A stretch of DNA of 53,651 bases, taken from Fimbriiglobus sp. (lineage in GTDB: Bacteria > Planctomycetota > Planctomycetia > Gemmatales > Gemmataceae). The stretch is taken from contig JAYUFU010000045.1 in assembly GCA_043738505.1 (NCBI GenBank), forward strand, positions 1 to 53,651. Reading direction: 5' to 3'. The notes under the pieces are model-generated. The model made no database searches and was not told where the DNA came from. It saw nothing but the letters and a program-made list of their open reading frames with translations. Positions 8,836 to 17,590 of this stretch are shown piece after piece (the first letter of the stretch is position 1; each line of letters opens with the position of its first letter). Made by a program: the position numbers and the translations under genes.

Positions 8836-9642
8836 TCAGTCGGCCCCGGTCGGATTCAGCGCCCGGCGGAGTTTGTCCAGGGCCGTCGCCTGCACCTGTC
8901 GCACCCGCTCCTTCGACAGTCCGAGCGCCTTGCCCACCTGTTCCAGGGTTCGGGTGGTTGGGCTTTCGTGGAGCGTGAAGCGGTGCGTGAGGATCTGCTT
9001 CTCGCGGTCGGACAGCAGCGGGTGGTCGTGCTTCAGGAACTCCTCGATGGGGATCTGGAGCGCGGCCCCGGTGTCGGACGGGTTGGAAATGCGGCCGCGC
9101 GGCTCGCCGTCCGGCAGCGCGTCCAGCGACGTGGACCGGGTGAGCCAGTCGGAGTTCATCCGCTGCGACAGCCGGGACAGGGCGCGGACGAGGCAGGTGT
9201 AGGCGTAGGTGCTGAAGCGGATGCCGAGCCACGGGTTGAACGCGGCCACGGCCTGGATCAGCACGATGTGGCAGTCGCCGATGAGGTCGTCGGCCCGGTT
9301 CGGCAAGGCCATCCGCCGGCGGACGGCGCGGTAGATCAGCTTGCGGTTGCCGAGGACGATGCGGTCGCGGAGGCCGATGTACGTCGCCTTCCAGCGGGCC
9401 ACGTCGGCCGGCGTGCGGGCGACGTGCATCCGGTAAGCGGCGTAGTGCATCCGCCGGGCGTGGTCGCGGGTCACGTCGTCGGGCATGTAGCGGTCGGAAT
9501 AGTCGATCGGATTCTCGATGAGGCCGGCCGCGTCGAACTCGTGCCGGGCCTTGCGATCCGCGAAGGACTCGTGGTGGACGTACCCCGGAAGGGCGGCCGT
9601 TCGCTGGGCCCGGTGCGTGGGTTGGCCGGGAGTATTCAGCAT
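8836..9642 (-). CDS. RNA polymerase sigma factor, sigma-70 family
   Basis: Region 2-like LIGDCHIVLIQAVAAFNPWLGIRFSTYAYTCLVRAL and region 4 HTH TLEQVGKALGLSKERVRQVQATALDKLR. ATG at 9642 has GGAGG 8 nt upstream, preferred over the listed 9708 start. Confidence 0.85.
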   Translation of the reverse strand: MLNTPGQPTHRAQRTAALPGYVHHESFADRKARHEFDAAGLIENPIDYSDRYMPDDVTRDHARRMHYAAYRMHVARTPADVARWKATYIGLRDRIVLGNRKLIYRAVRRRMALPNRADDLIGDCHIVLIQAVAAFNPWLGIRFSTYAYTCLVRALSRLSQRMNSDWLTRSTSLDALPDGEPRGRISNPSDTGAALQIPIEEFLKHDHPLLSDREKQILTHRFTLHESPTTRTLEQVGKALGLSKERVRQVQATALDKLRRALNPTGAD

Positions 9643-9781
9643 GGACGACACCTCCGTGAAGGGGACAGCGCGGCGGACCGGGGGTATATCCTCCAAACCG
9701 GCCCACACTTACGCGAATCGGCGGGGAGCGTTGAGGCGTCCGTCGGGTTTTCCGTCGCCCAGACGAACCCGAAAGACGACC

Positions 9782-10960
9782 CTACCCCACCCGCTTTCCC
9801 CTGCGGCGGATGGTCTCATCGACGATGGCACCGGCGAGCAGGATCAGGCCGATCAGCCACGGCTCCCACTCGCTCGGGCACTTTGTGAAGTTCATCACCG
9901 GCTTCACCACCGGCAGCACCAGCGCGCCGCACACCAGCCCGACGGCCGTGCCTTCGCCACCCCGCAAGCTGACCCCGCCCAGCACCGCCGCCGTGATCGC
10001 GTACAGCTCGTAGCTGTCGCCTTCCACGCTCGGCGTCACCGACCCGGCGCTGAGAAAGCGGATCACCCCGGCCAGCGCCGCCAAGCCGGAGCAGATGGCG
10101 AACACCGCTACCTTGTGCTTCCAGACCGTCACCCCGGCATACTTGGCCGCCTGCTCGTTGTTGCCGATGGCGTACCAGTACCGGCCGAACGACGAGCGGT
10201 GCAGGAACACGGCCGCTATCGCTGCTAGAAGCAAGAACAGGACCAACAGCGCCGGAAATACCAATCGCTCGTCCGCGTTCTGCCCCGTCAGCCAATACCG
10301 CAGGTCGAGGAACTGGCTCTCGAACGCCGCGCTGCCGCCCTCCCCGACCGTTTTCTCCAACTCGTTCTTCACCGATCCGCGGCCGATTTGCCCCGGCTGG
10401 ATCGACCGCGCCACGCCCCGGTAAATGAACATGCCGCACAACGTCACCAGGAACGCCTGCAATCCGAGCTGCGTGACGAGTAGGCCGTGCCCGATGCCGA
10501 GGATCACCCCGCCGAGCAGGACCACGACCGCCGCCGCCGCCGGGGGGACGCACCGCTCCGCGAGCAACCCGAACGACACGGCCGAAAGTGCGACCAGCGA
10601 ACCGACGGACAGGTCGATGCCGCCTGTCAGGATGAGCAGCCCGGCACCCAACGTCACGATGCCGAGTTCCCCGTGGCGGTTGAGGATGCTGAGAACGCTG
10701 CCCCGCGCGAACGCGGCGTCGCTGCTCCGGCCGAGGACGATGAACAGCCCGACGAGCAGCAGCACGACGCCGGCCGTCCGCTGGAGGTTGCGGCGAGACA
10801 CCTCGAACGTGTGGGCTAGCACTGCCAGCGCCAGCGCACTGACGACGAACCAGACCGGGTACGGGCCGGCGAACGGGAGCGCGGCGGCCGTCCAGACCCC
10901 ACCGGTGACGGCAACCCCGGCCGCGAGACACGCGGCGAATTTGGCCTTCTCGTTCAACAT
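9782..10960 (-). CDS. sugar ABC transporter permease (RbsC/AraH-type)
   Basis: Multi-TM protein with GGIDLSVGSLVAL and the typical RbsC-family layout. The ATG at 10960 (MLNEKAKF...) is preferred. Confidence 0.85.
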   Translation of the reverse strand: MLNEKAKFAACLAAGVAVTGGVWTAAALPFAGPYPVWFVVSALALAVLAHTFEVSRRNLQRTAGVVLLLVGLFIVLGRSSDAAFARGSVLSILNRHGELGIVTLGAGLLILTGGIDLSVGSLVALSAVSFGLLAERCVPPAAAAVVVLLGGVILGIGHGLLVTQLGLQAFLVTLCGMFIYRGVARSIQPGQIGRGSVKNELEKTVGEGGSAAFESQFLDLRYWLTGQNADERLVFPALLVLFLLLAAIAAVFLHRSSFGRYWYAIGNNEQAAKYAGVTVWKHKVAVFAICSGLAALAGVIRFLSAGSVTPSVEGDSYELYAITAAVLGGVSLRGGEGTAVGLVCGALVLPVVKPVMNFTKCPSEWEPWLIGLILLAGAIVDETIRRRGKRVG

Positions 10961-10993
10961 CGCGTGCCGTCCCCGTGGTCCGCTCGGTCTTGC

Positions 10994-11059
10994 TAGCCCG
11001 CCGCGCAAGCGAGGGCCAGATCCCGTCAGCGGTTTGGCCCTTGCTTGCGCGGCGGGCTA
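10994..11059. repeat. intercistronic 24-bp inverted repeat (REP-like hairpin) between the ATPase and permease cistrons
   Basis: Arms 10994-11017 and 11036-11059 are reverse complements with 1 mismatch and an 18-nt loop. The right arm overlaps the TAG stop of the ATPase gene. Confidence 0.7.
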
Positions 11060-12556
11060 ACTAGTCACCCCCGTGGCCAGCCGCATGACGGCTTCCTCGG
11101 TCAGTTCGGATCGGCTCAGTTCGCCGGCCAGTCGCCCCTCGTGCAGGACGACCGCGCGGTCAGACACGCCGAGCAGCTCTTCCAGGTCGCTGGTGATCAT
11201 CCAGACGGCCACGCCCCGGCCGGCCAGTTCGTCGATGAGCGCGTAGATTTCCGTCTTCGCACCCACGTCCACGCCGCGGGTCGGTTCGTCGAGGATGAGT
11301 ACCCTCGGCCCCCGCGCCAACCATTTGCCAAAGACCACTTTCTGCTGGTTGCCGCCGGACAGCAACCCGACCGTCTGTTCGGCGGTCGGCGTCCGCACCC
11401 GTAGCTTCCGGATGCTGTCGGTGTGCATCGCCCGCTCGGCGGTGCGATCCACGAGGCCGGCCGAACGCAGGCGATCCAGGTTCGGCAGACTCAAATTGAA
11501 CCCGACGCCCTCTTCCAGCACCAGCCCGTTGCGCCGTCGGTCTTCGGGGACCAGCAGCACCCCGGCGGCCACCGCGTCGGCGGGTTTCGACACCCGGAGC
11601 GGCTTCCCAGATAGCAACACTTCGCCGCCGGTGACGGTTCGGATTCCGAAAACCGCCTCGCTCAGTTCGGTTCGCCCGGCTCCGACCAGCCCGGCCATCC
11701 CAAGCACTTCGCCGGCCCGGACTTCCAGCGACACCGGGTGCGCCGGCCCGCCGGCATACGTCAGGTTCCGCAGTTCCAGCACCGGCTTGCCGCCGACTGC
11801 CCGATGCGCGCGCGGGAAAAACGTCTTCAGGTCGCGGCCGACCATGAGCCGCACGAGGTTGTCGTGGGTGATGTCGGCCTTGGCCAGCTCGCCGGCGTTG
11901 CGGCCGTCGCGCAGCACCACCGCCCGGTCGCAACACCGCTTGATCTCGGCCAGCCGGTGCGAGATGTACATGACCCCGACGCCGGCCGCCTTCAGCGCGG
12001 CGATGACCTCGTAGAGGCGGTCGGTTTCCGGTTGCGTCAGACTGGACGTGGGTTCGTCCATGATGAGCAGCTTCGCGTTCAACCCCAGCGCGCGGGCGAT
12101 CTCGACGAGTTGCTTCTGACCCGGCGGCAGTTCGCCGACCGGCTTCCCCAGGTACGCCACCGGCAGCCCGACCCGCGTCAGCAGTTTCGCCCCGGCGTCC
12201 GCCATCGCGCGGCGGTTCAGAATCCGGAGCGGCCCGCCGACCGTGACCTCGCGTCCGAGGAACAGGTTGTCCTGGACGCTCAAGTTGTCGGCGAGGTTCA
12301 ACTCCTGGTGGATCAGGCTGACGCCCGCCGCCATCGCCGCCTGCGGGGTGGGGAACCGCACCGCCGCGCCGTTCAGCGCGACGGTGCCGCCGTCCGGCTG
12401 GTAGACGCCGGCGATCACCTTCATCAGCGTGGACTTGCCGGCCCCGTTCTCGCCGACGACGGCCAGCACCTCGCCGGCCGCGACCGAACACGACACCCCG
12501 TCCAGCGCCAGCACGCCGGGGAACTGCTTGCGGATGCCGGTGGCGGAGAGGAGCAT
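11057..12556 (-). CDS. sugar ABC transporter ATP-binding protein (tandem ATPase, RbsA-type)
   Basis: Two ABC cassettes: GENGAGKST ... LIMDEPTSSL, and a second half with LSGGNQQKV ... LILDEPTRGVD. ATG at 12556 is used; the listed start at 12583 is a TTG. Confidence 0.9.
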   Translation of the reverse strand: MLLSATGIRKQFPGVLALDGVSCSVAAGEVLAVVGENGAGKSTLMKVIAGVYQPDGGTVALNGAAVRFPTPQAAMAAGVSLIHQELNLADNLSVQDNLFLGREVTVGGPLRILNRRAMADAGAKLLTRVGLPVAYLGKPVGELPPGQKQLVEIARALGLNAKLLIMDEPTSSLTQPETDRLYEVIAALKAAGVGVMYISHRLAEIKRCCDRAVVLRDGRNAGELAKADITHDNLVRLMVGRDLKTFFPRAHRAVGGKPVLELRNLTYAGGPAHPVSLEVRAGEVLGMAGLVGAGRTELSEAVFGIRTVTGGEVLLSGKPLRVSKPADAVAAGVLLVPEDRRRNGLVLEEGVGFNLSLPNLDRLRSAGLVDRTAERAMHTDSIRKLRVRTPTAEQTVGLLSGGNQQKVVFGKWLARGPRVLILDEPTRGVDVGAKTEIYALIDELAGRGVAVWMITSDLEELLGVSDRAVVLHEGRLAGELSRSELTEEAVMRLATGVTS

Positions 12557-12581
12557 CTGGGGAATCGCTTGGAAAGAAAAC

Positions 12582-12692
12582 AAGACTCACCACAGAGACA
12601 CAGAGAAGAAAAGACAAGAGAAGAAGGAGAGTGTTCGAGAACTCTTCTCTCTCCTGTCTTCTCCGTGCCTCTGTGTCTCTGTGGTGAGTCTT
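12582..12692. repeat. long palindromic element (perfect 24-bp arms) in the SBP-ATPase intercistronic gap
   Basis: AAGACTCACCACAGAGACACAGAG (12582-12605) is the exact reverse complement of 12669-12692. The 63-nt interior is itself partly self-complementary. Confidence 0.8.
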
Positions 12693-12703
12693 CTGCTCCG
12701 GCT

Positions 12704-13780
12704 TCACTTCTTGATCGCGTCCGCCACCGTCTTGTAGTAGTCCTCGGCCTTCTTCGCCTGAATCCCCGGCGTGGTGTTCGGCAGCGGCTTGCCGTCCTTC
12801 GTGACGATGCTGTACTTGGTCGCCGTCTGCGGCAGCTCCTTCTTGTCCTTGCCGTCGATGACGTGCTTCAGCCACTTCACCGTCTCGTACCCGTATCCAT
12901 AAGGGTCTTGCGATACGCTGCCGACGATCTCGCCCTTCTGGATGCCTTCGAGCGTGACCAAGTCCTCGTCGAACCCGACGATGTGGACCTTGCCGACCAG
13001 CCCTTTCTTGCGGGCCTGCTCCAGTGCCTTAGCCGGGTTGTAGGCGTACAAGCCGACGAAGCAGACATCCGCCTTGGTCGCGTACTCGTCCATGAACGCG
13101 CCGGCGTTCTGCTCGGCCTTGTCCTTTTTCCCCTCGTCGGTGACCGGCTGGCCGGCGTGCAGCATGTAGTTGCCGTACTTCGGCTGGAACACCCGCTTCG
13201 CCACGTCGTCCCGCACGTCCTTGCCGCCCAGTTCGGTCAGCACCCCGGCGAGGCGGGCCTTGGCGTTCGCCGAGTCGGTGGTGCCGATGAACAGGCCGAT
13301 GGTGCCGCCGTTGGGCAGGGCGTACTTGACCATCTTCCCGGCCTCTTTCCCGGCTTCGAAGTTGTCCACCCCGACGTAGCACAGGCGGCCCGACTTGTCC
13401 GCGTCGTTGTCGATGGTGATGAAGTTGTTGTTCGGCAGGTCCTGGGCGATGACCGCCATTTTCTTCGTCTGCTCGGCCGGGTCCACCACGCTCACGGCCA
13501 GCCCCTTCAGCCCCAGCCGCACCACGTCGTCCACGGTCTTGGTCTGCTCGTCCACGCTCAGTTGGATCGGCTGCCGGAAGATGACCTCGACGCCGAAGTC
13601 GGTGCCGGCCTTCTTCGCGCCGGCGGCGCAGATGTCCCAGAACGGGTCGGCGCAGTTGGTGACGATGGCCACCTGCGGTTTGCCGTCCGCCGGGACGCTC
13701 GTCCCGCCGCCGGTGTTGCCGCACGCGGGGAGGACCACCGCCACGCCGAGGATCGCCACCAGCCGAAGGAATCGTGTCAC
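12704..13780 (-). CDS. sugar ABC transporter substrate-binding lipoprotein (periplasmic binding protein type I)
   Basis: Lipoprotein-like leader (V)TRFLRLVAILGVAVVLPACG and an RbsB-like fold signature (VAIVTN.. GLKGLAVSVVDP.. VGFDE). The GTG at 13780 is inferred; the listed ORF extends to 13858. Confidence 0.8.
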   Translation of the reverse strand: MTRFLRLVAILGVAVVLPACGNTGGGTSVPADGKPQVAIVTNCADPFWDICAAGAKKAGTDFGVEVIFRQPIQLSVDEQTKTVDDVVRLGLKGLAVSVVDPAEQTKKMAVIAQDLPNNNFITIDNDADKSGRLCYVGVDNFEAGKEAGKMVKYALPNGGTIGLFIGTTDSANAKARLAGVLTELGGKDVRDDVAKRVFQPKYGNYMLHAGQPVTDEGKKDKAEQNAGAFMDEYATKADVCFVGLYAYNPAKALEQARKKGLVGKVHIVGFDEDLVTLEGIQKGEIVGSVSQDPYGYGYETVKWLKHVIDGKDKKELPQTATKYSIVTKDGKPLPNTTPGIQAKKAEDYYKTVADAIKK

Positions 13781-13895
13781 GTCGCACCTGCTTCTGGAAG
13801 GGGAAAGAGGACTTCCTAAAGGTGCTTTACAAACTACCGAAGCGGCCGGCCGAAGCAAGGGAGTGGGTGCCGCAGTTCCACCGCCGGCGAACGCA

Positions 13896-14510
13896 TCACT
13901 TCACGACCTGTTTCCCGCCGTCGTAGCAGATGGCGAGTTGCCGCCGGGCCACGAAGTCCCAGTCGAGGCGGTGCGGCGGCTCCAGGAAGTGGCGGTACGC
14001 GACGGCCATCTGTCGGGCGGCCTCGTCGAACGCCACCCCGCCGAAGCCGGTGCCCATCGCCGGCATCGCCACGACCTCGATCCGCTGCGCCGGAGTCTGG
14101 TTGTGGGCGTGAATGGCCAGCAGCGCCGCCCACGTCGCCGCGTACACCTTGTCCGTCCCGTCGATGTTGCCGGGCACCCGCATCGTCGGCGCGTGGCACA
14201 GGAACGGCAGCGTGGCGTCGTCGGTCGGGACGAGGAACGCCGTGCCGACCGGCTGCTCGCCGAGGTACCGGTCCATGACGGCGTGCTGCACCCGGTTCAT
14301 CAGACCTTGTCCGAACCGGCGTGTTACGGCGGCGTCGATGCCGGCGGTCATGATCCCGAAGGCGTTGCCGGCGGTGACGAAGCAGTCGTGGGGTTCCAAG
14401 TCCTCGAACCGCCCCCGGATGACGCGAACATTCGGCAGCCCGGCGAACCGGCCACGGAACGCTTCGCCCATCGCCTCGTCGGGGTGAACCAGCCAGAGAC
14501 TTTCGAGCAT
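13896..14510 (-). CDS. macro-domain (ADP-ribose binding/processing) protein
   Basis: Macro-like motifs FVTAGNAFGIMTAGID and AMPAMGTGFGGV in a 204-aa stand-alone protein. Confidence 0.6.
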   Translation of the reverse strand: MLESLWLVHPDEAMGEAFRGRFAGLPNVRVIRGRFEDLEPHDCFVTAGNAFGIMTAGIDAAVTRRFGQGLMNRVQHAVMDRYLGEQPVGTAFLVPTDDATLPFLCHAPTMRVPGNIDGTDKVYAATWAALLAIHAHNQTPAQRIEVVAMPAMGTGFGGVAFDEAARQMAVAYRHFLEPPHRLDWDFVARRQLAICYDGGKQVVK

Positions 14511-14606
14511 GGGGGCACTCCGTTCGGTGATAACACTTTACAGTCCCCCGCCCCCTCCTGCCACGCGACATAGACTGAAGACACCCCTACTGCCGAGGCT
14601 TGCCCC

Positions 14607-15005
14607 GTGCTTTCCGGCCCGACGATTATCCTGACGCTGAAAGTCCTGGTGTCCGCCGTGACGGTGCTGTTCGTCGCGGCGGTGGTGGCCATCGGCACCG
14701 GCCGGCGGAAGCTGCACGGCCGCATCAACACCGCCTTCTTTATCTTGACCATGACGACCGTCGTCGGGTTCGAGTTGCTCCTCCGCCTGGGCACCGACGT
14801 GACCGCCACGTTCACCGAACCGGCCCTGAAGGCGCTGTACGTCCACCTCTACTTCGCCGTGCCGTCGGCGGTGCTGCTGCCGCTCATGTTCCTCTCCGGG
14901 AAGATGCACTGGAAGGCGATTCACGTCGCTACGGGCTGCCTGTTCACCGTCCTGTGGATCGGCACGTTCGTGACCGGGGTTTTCTTCCTGCCGCACGACG
15001 GGTAA
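14607..15005 (+). CDS. small integral membrane protein (about 4 TM helices)
   Basis: GTG start. Four hydrophobic segments and good GC3 bias. A possible DUF420-like topology is not verifiable here. Confidence 0.6.
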   Translation: MLSGPTIILTLKVLVSAVTVLFVAAVVAIGTGRRKLHGRINTAFFILTMTTVVGFELLLRLGTDVTATFTEPALKALYVHLYFAVPSAVLLPLMFLSGKMHWKAIHVATGCLFTVLWIGTFVTGVFFLPHDG

Positions 15006-15014
15006 GGTCGGGGC

Positions 15015-15728
15015 ATGGCCGTCGCCCCGCCCGAACCGTCGCCGCTCGAACTCGGTCAAGCCGCCGCCGCCCGCCTGGGAGGCGTGGACTGGTCGGTGGA
15101 TGTGGACGAAGCGCCGGCGCTGGAAGCCGAAGCGGTATCGCCCACCGCCGTCGCCAGGCTGCCGGAAGTCAAAGCCGAGGCGCGGCCGGCGGTGCTGTTC
15201 CCGTCGTCGGTGCAATCGCCCGCCGAATCGCCGCCGTCACCGTTGCAAATCGTCGAAGCCATGCTGTTCGTCGGCGGCCCGCCGCTGACGGCTGAGAAGG
15301 TCTGCTCGGCCGTGCGCGGGCTGACGCCGGAGCGGGTCCGCGAGTTGATCGACGAACTGGGCCGCAACTACCGTCGGCAGAACCGGCCGTACACGGTGCA
15401 GCCGCAGGGCGACGGGTTCGCGGTGATGGTGAAGCCGCAGTACCGCGCCATCCGCGAGAAGCTGTACGGCGGGCCGAAGGAGGCGCGGCTGAGCCAGCCG
15501 TCGCTGGACGTGCTGAGCCTGATCGCCTACCGCCAACCGCTGACGACGACCGAGGTGGATTCGCTCCGCGGAGCGGATTCGACCGGCGTTGTCCGCCAGT
15601 TGGTGCGCCTGGGCCTGATCGTCGCGGCCCGCGGTGGCGAACGCGGCACCGAGTACGGCACCACGCCGCGGTTCCTGGAACTGTTCGGCCTGAGTTCGCT
15701 CGACGACCTGCCCCGGCTGGGGGAGTGA
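15015..15728 (+). CDS. scpB: segregation and condensation protein B
   Basis: LQIVEAMLFVGGPPLT ... SQPSLDVLSLIAYRQPLTTTEVDSLRGADSTGVVRQLVRLGLI ... YGTTPRFLELFGL are typical ScpB winged-helix repeats. Confidence 0.85.
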   Translation: MAVAPPEPSPLELGQAAAARLGGVDWSVDVDEAPALEAEAVSPTAVARLPEVKAEARPAVLFPSSVQSPAESPPSPLQIVEAMLFVGGPPLTAEKVCSAVRGLTPERVRELIDELGRNYRRQNRPYTVQPQGDGFAVMVKPQYRAIREKLYGGPKEARLSQPSLDVLSLIAYRQPLTTTEVDSLRGADSTGVVRQLVRLGLIVAARGGERGTEYGTTPRFLELFGLSSLDDLPRLGE

Positions 15729-15733
15729 GCGGA

Positions 15734-16108
15734 CTACGCCACCGCCGCCGGCTTCGGCACGAACCGTTTCCGCCAGTACTCCGGGTCGTGGCGGATCTCG
15801 CCGATCAGCCGTCGGGCAACACCGGACGGCGGCTTCGTCCCCTGTTCCCACGCCCGCACCGACTGCACCGACGCGCCCAGAATCTTGGCGAAGATCGGCT
15901 GGCTGACGCCGAGCGCCTTCCGCGCGGCGGCCACATCGCCGCCGGCGACAACGGGCAAGTCGTAGGCGAGGGCGGGAGTCACCCGCGAGGCGTACTTCCG
16001 CTTCACCGCCGCCAACCCGCCGGCCTTCGCGGTGGCAATCAACTCCTCCATCCCGGCGATGAACTCGGCACCGACTTGGTCCGCGAACTGCTGCCGCTCG
16101 GTCGCCAT
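15734..16108 (-). CDS. HTH (XRE-type) antitoxin, HigA-2-like
   Basis: 124-aa product with HTH ARKALGVSQPIFAKILGASVQSVRAWEQGTKPPSG. Its ATG overlaps the upstream toxin stop as TAATG. It is only the C-terminal part of listed ORF 15734..16993. Confidence 0.8.
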   Translation of the reverse strand: MATERQQFADQVGAEFIAGMEELIATAKAGGLAAVKRKYASRVTPALAYDLPVVAGGDVAAARKALGVSQPIFAKILGASVQSVRAWEQGTKPPSGVARRLIGEIRHDPEYWRKRFVPKPAAVA

Positions 16109-16473
16109 TACGAACCTCCTTGGAAGAGTCGTCGATACACGGCGAGCAACCCGCCGAGCGCTTTCTTGTCCTTCGCCGGCAGGTCGGTCATCTGGGACTT
16201 GGAGAACGCCGTGCCGAGCAGCATCAGCCCGAACTCGGGCAGGTCGGCGTAGTACACGCGAACCGCGCCGGACTTCCCGATTCCCCAAGACGGCGGGGCG
16301 AACCGCGCCTTCCGCCACCCGCCGGTTGCGGGCACCAGCGGCCACCCGGTCGGATCGGCGAGAAGGTCGAGTTGGAGTCGGCTCAGGTCGGCATCGGTGC
16401 AGCCCATCCCCTCCCAGCGGGAAGTGAAGCCGCGCAGTTCGATGAACGACGACCAGTCGAACGCGATGCCCAT
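16108..16473 (-). CDS. RelE/ParE-superfamily toxin, HigB-2-like
   Basis: GGWRKARFAPPSWGIGKSGAVRVYYADLPEFGLMLLGTAFSKSQMTDL matches the GGxRKxRf..GKSGGxRviY...llxxyxKxxxxdL pattern of HigB-2 toxins. Gene order is toxin first. Confidence 0.75.
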   Translation of the reverse strand: MGIAFDWSSFIELRGFTSRWEGMGCTDADLSRLQLDLLADPTGWPLVPATGGWRKARFAPPSWGIGKSGAVRVYYADLPEFGLMLLGTAFSKSQMTDLPAKDKKALGGLLAVYRRLFQGGS

Positions 16474-16512
16474 CGGAAGAGTATACCACCAGAGAGTAGT
16501 CCTGACAGGAAG

Positions 16513-17376
16513 TTACCCGAACTTCCGCCGCACGTCCAGCGACACCAGTTCGTTCAGGCTGCCGGAGCGGAACCCTTCCAAATCCAAGGTCACGAACTTG
16601 AACCCGAGCTGCTTCAACTTCGCGGCGAGGGCGGTTCGCACCTCGTCCACCACGAACCGGCCGATCTCGTTCGCCGGCACCTCGACGCGGGCGAGGTCGC
16701 CTTCGTGGTACCGCACACGGCAGTCGCGGAGGCCGAGCGATTTCAGGTACGCCTCGGCTTCCTCCACGCGGCGGGTGCGTTCGGGCGTGACAGCTAAGCC
16801 GGGGGCCAGGCGGCTGGACAGGCACGGCGAGGCGGGCTTGTCCCACGCCGGCAGGCCCCACGCCTTCGCCACCGCCCGCACGTCGGCCTTCGTGAACCCG
16901 GCCTCCTGCAACGGGTGCCGCACCGCGTGTTCGGCAGCGGCGGTCAGCCCCGGCCGGTAGTCGCCGAGGTCGTCCAGGTTCGCCCCGCTGCACACCACCG
17001 ACAGGCCCAGGTCGGGCAGCAGCGTCTCAATCCGGGAGTACAGCTCGGACTTGCAGAAGTAGCAGCGGTCGCCGGCGTTGCGGAGGTAGTTCGGGTCGTC
17101 GAACTCGTGCGTGCCGACGACGGCGTGGCGGATGCCGATGAGGGCGGCCAGCTCCTTCGCGTCGGCGATCTCGGCGCGGGGGACGCTGGCGGAATCGGCG
17201 GTGACTGCCACGGCGGTGTCACCGAGGGCGAGGTGCGCGGCCTTCGCCACGACGGCCGAATCCACGCCGCCGCTGAACGCCACCGCCGCGCCGGGCATGG
17301 CGGCCAGCACGGCGAGCAAGCGGTCCCGCTTGGCGAGCAGATCGGGCGGAAGAGTGTCTTCGTGGGAAGCAGTCAT
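16513..17376 (-). CDS. larE: ATP-dependent sacrificial sulfur transferase LarE (PP-loop ATP pyrophosphatase, TIGR00268-like)
   Basis: PP-loop AFSGGVDSAVVA, motifs DRCYFCK and SPCLSSR, and 287-aa length match the LarE family. Confidence 0.8.
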   Translation of the reverse strand: MTASHEDTLPPDLLAKRDRLLAVLAAMPGAAVAFSGGVDSAVVAKAAHLALGDTAVAVTADSASVPRAEIADAKELAALIGIRHAVVGTHEFDDPNYLRNAGDRCYFCKSELYSRIETLLPDLGLSVVCSGANLDDLGDYRPGLTAAAEHAVRHPLQEAGFTKADVRAVAKAWGLPAWDKPASPCLSSRLAPGLAVTPERTRRVEEAEAYLKSLGLRDCRVRYHEGDLARVEVPANEIGRFVVDEVRTALAAKLKQLGFKFVTLDLEGFRSGSLNELVSLDVRRKFG

Positions 17377-17590
17377 ACCGCCAGTTTAGGCGTGCGACGC
17401 GACGATAGCGACCTGCCGGCGTCGGATCCGGCGAAGAATGGCGGGTTCCCCACGGAAACGCACGCGAGACCCTGTTGCGCGGCAGTCCCGTCGGGGATAC
17501 TTCAAGACAGCGGCACCACGCGAGAATGCGCCGGATGGCCGAATCACCTTCCGCCATCCGGCGGTGGCACGACCTACGGAGAGTCACCCC

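Noticed and set aside
15734-16993. 419-aa minus-strand ORF
   Set aside because: Only the last 124 codons, the HTH antitoxin, are credible. The upstream part overlaps the HigB-like toxin and larE in wrong frames and is Arg/Gly/Pro-rich.
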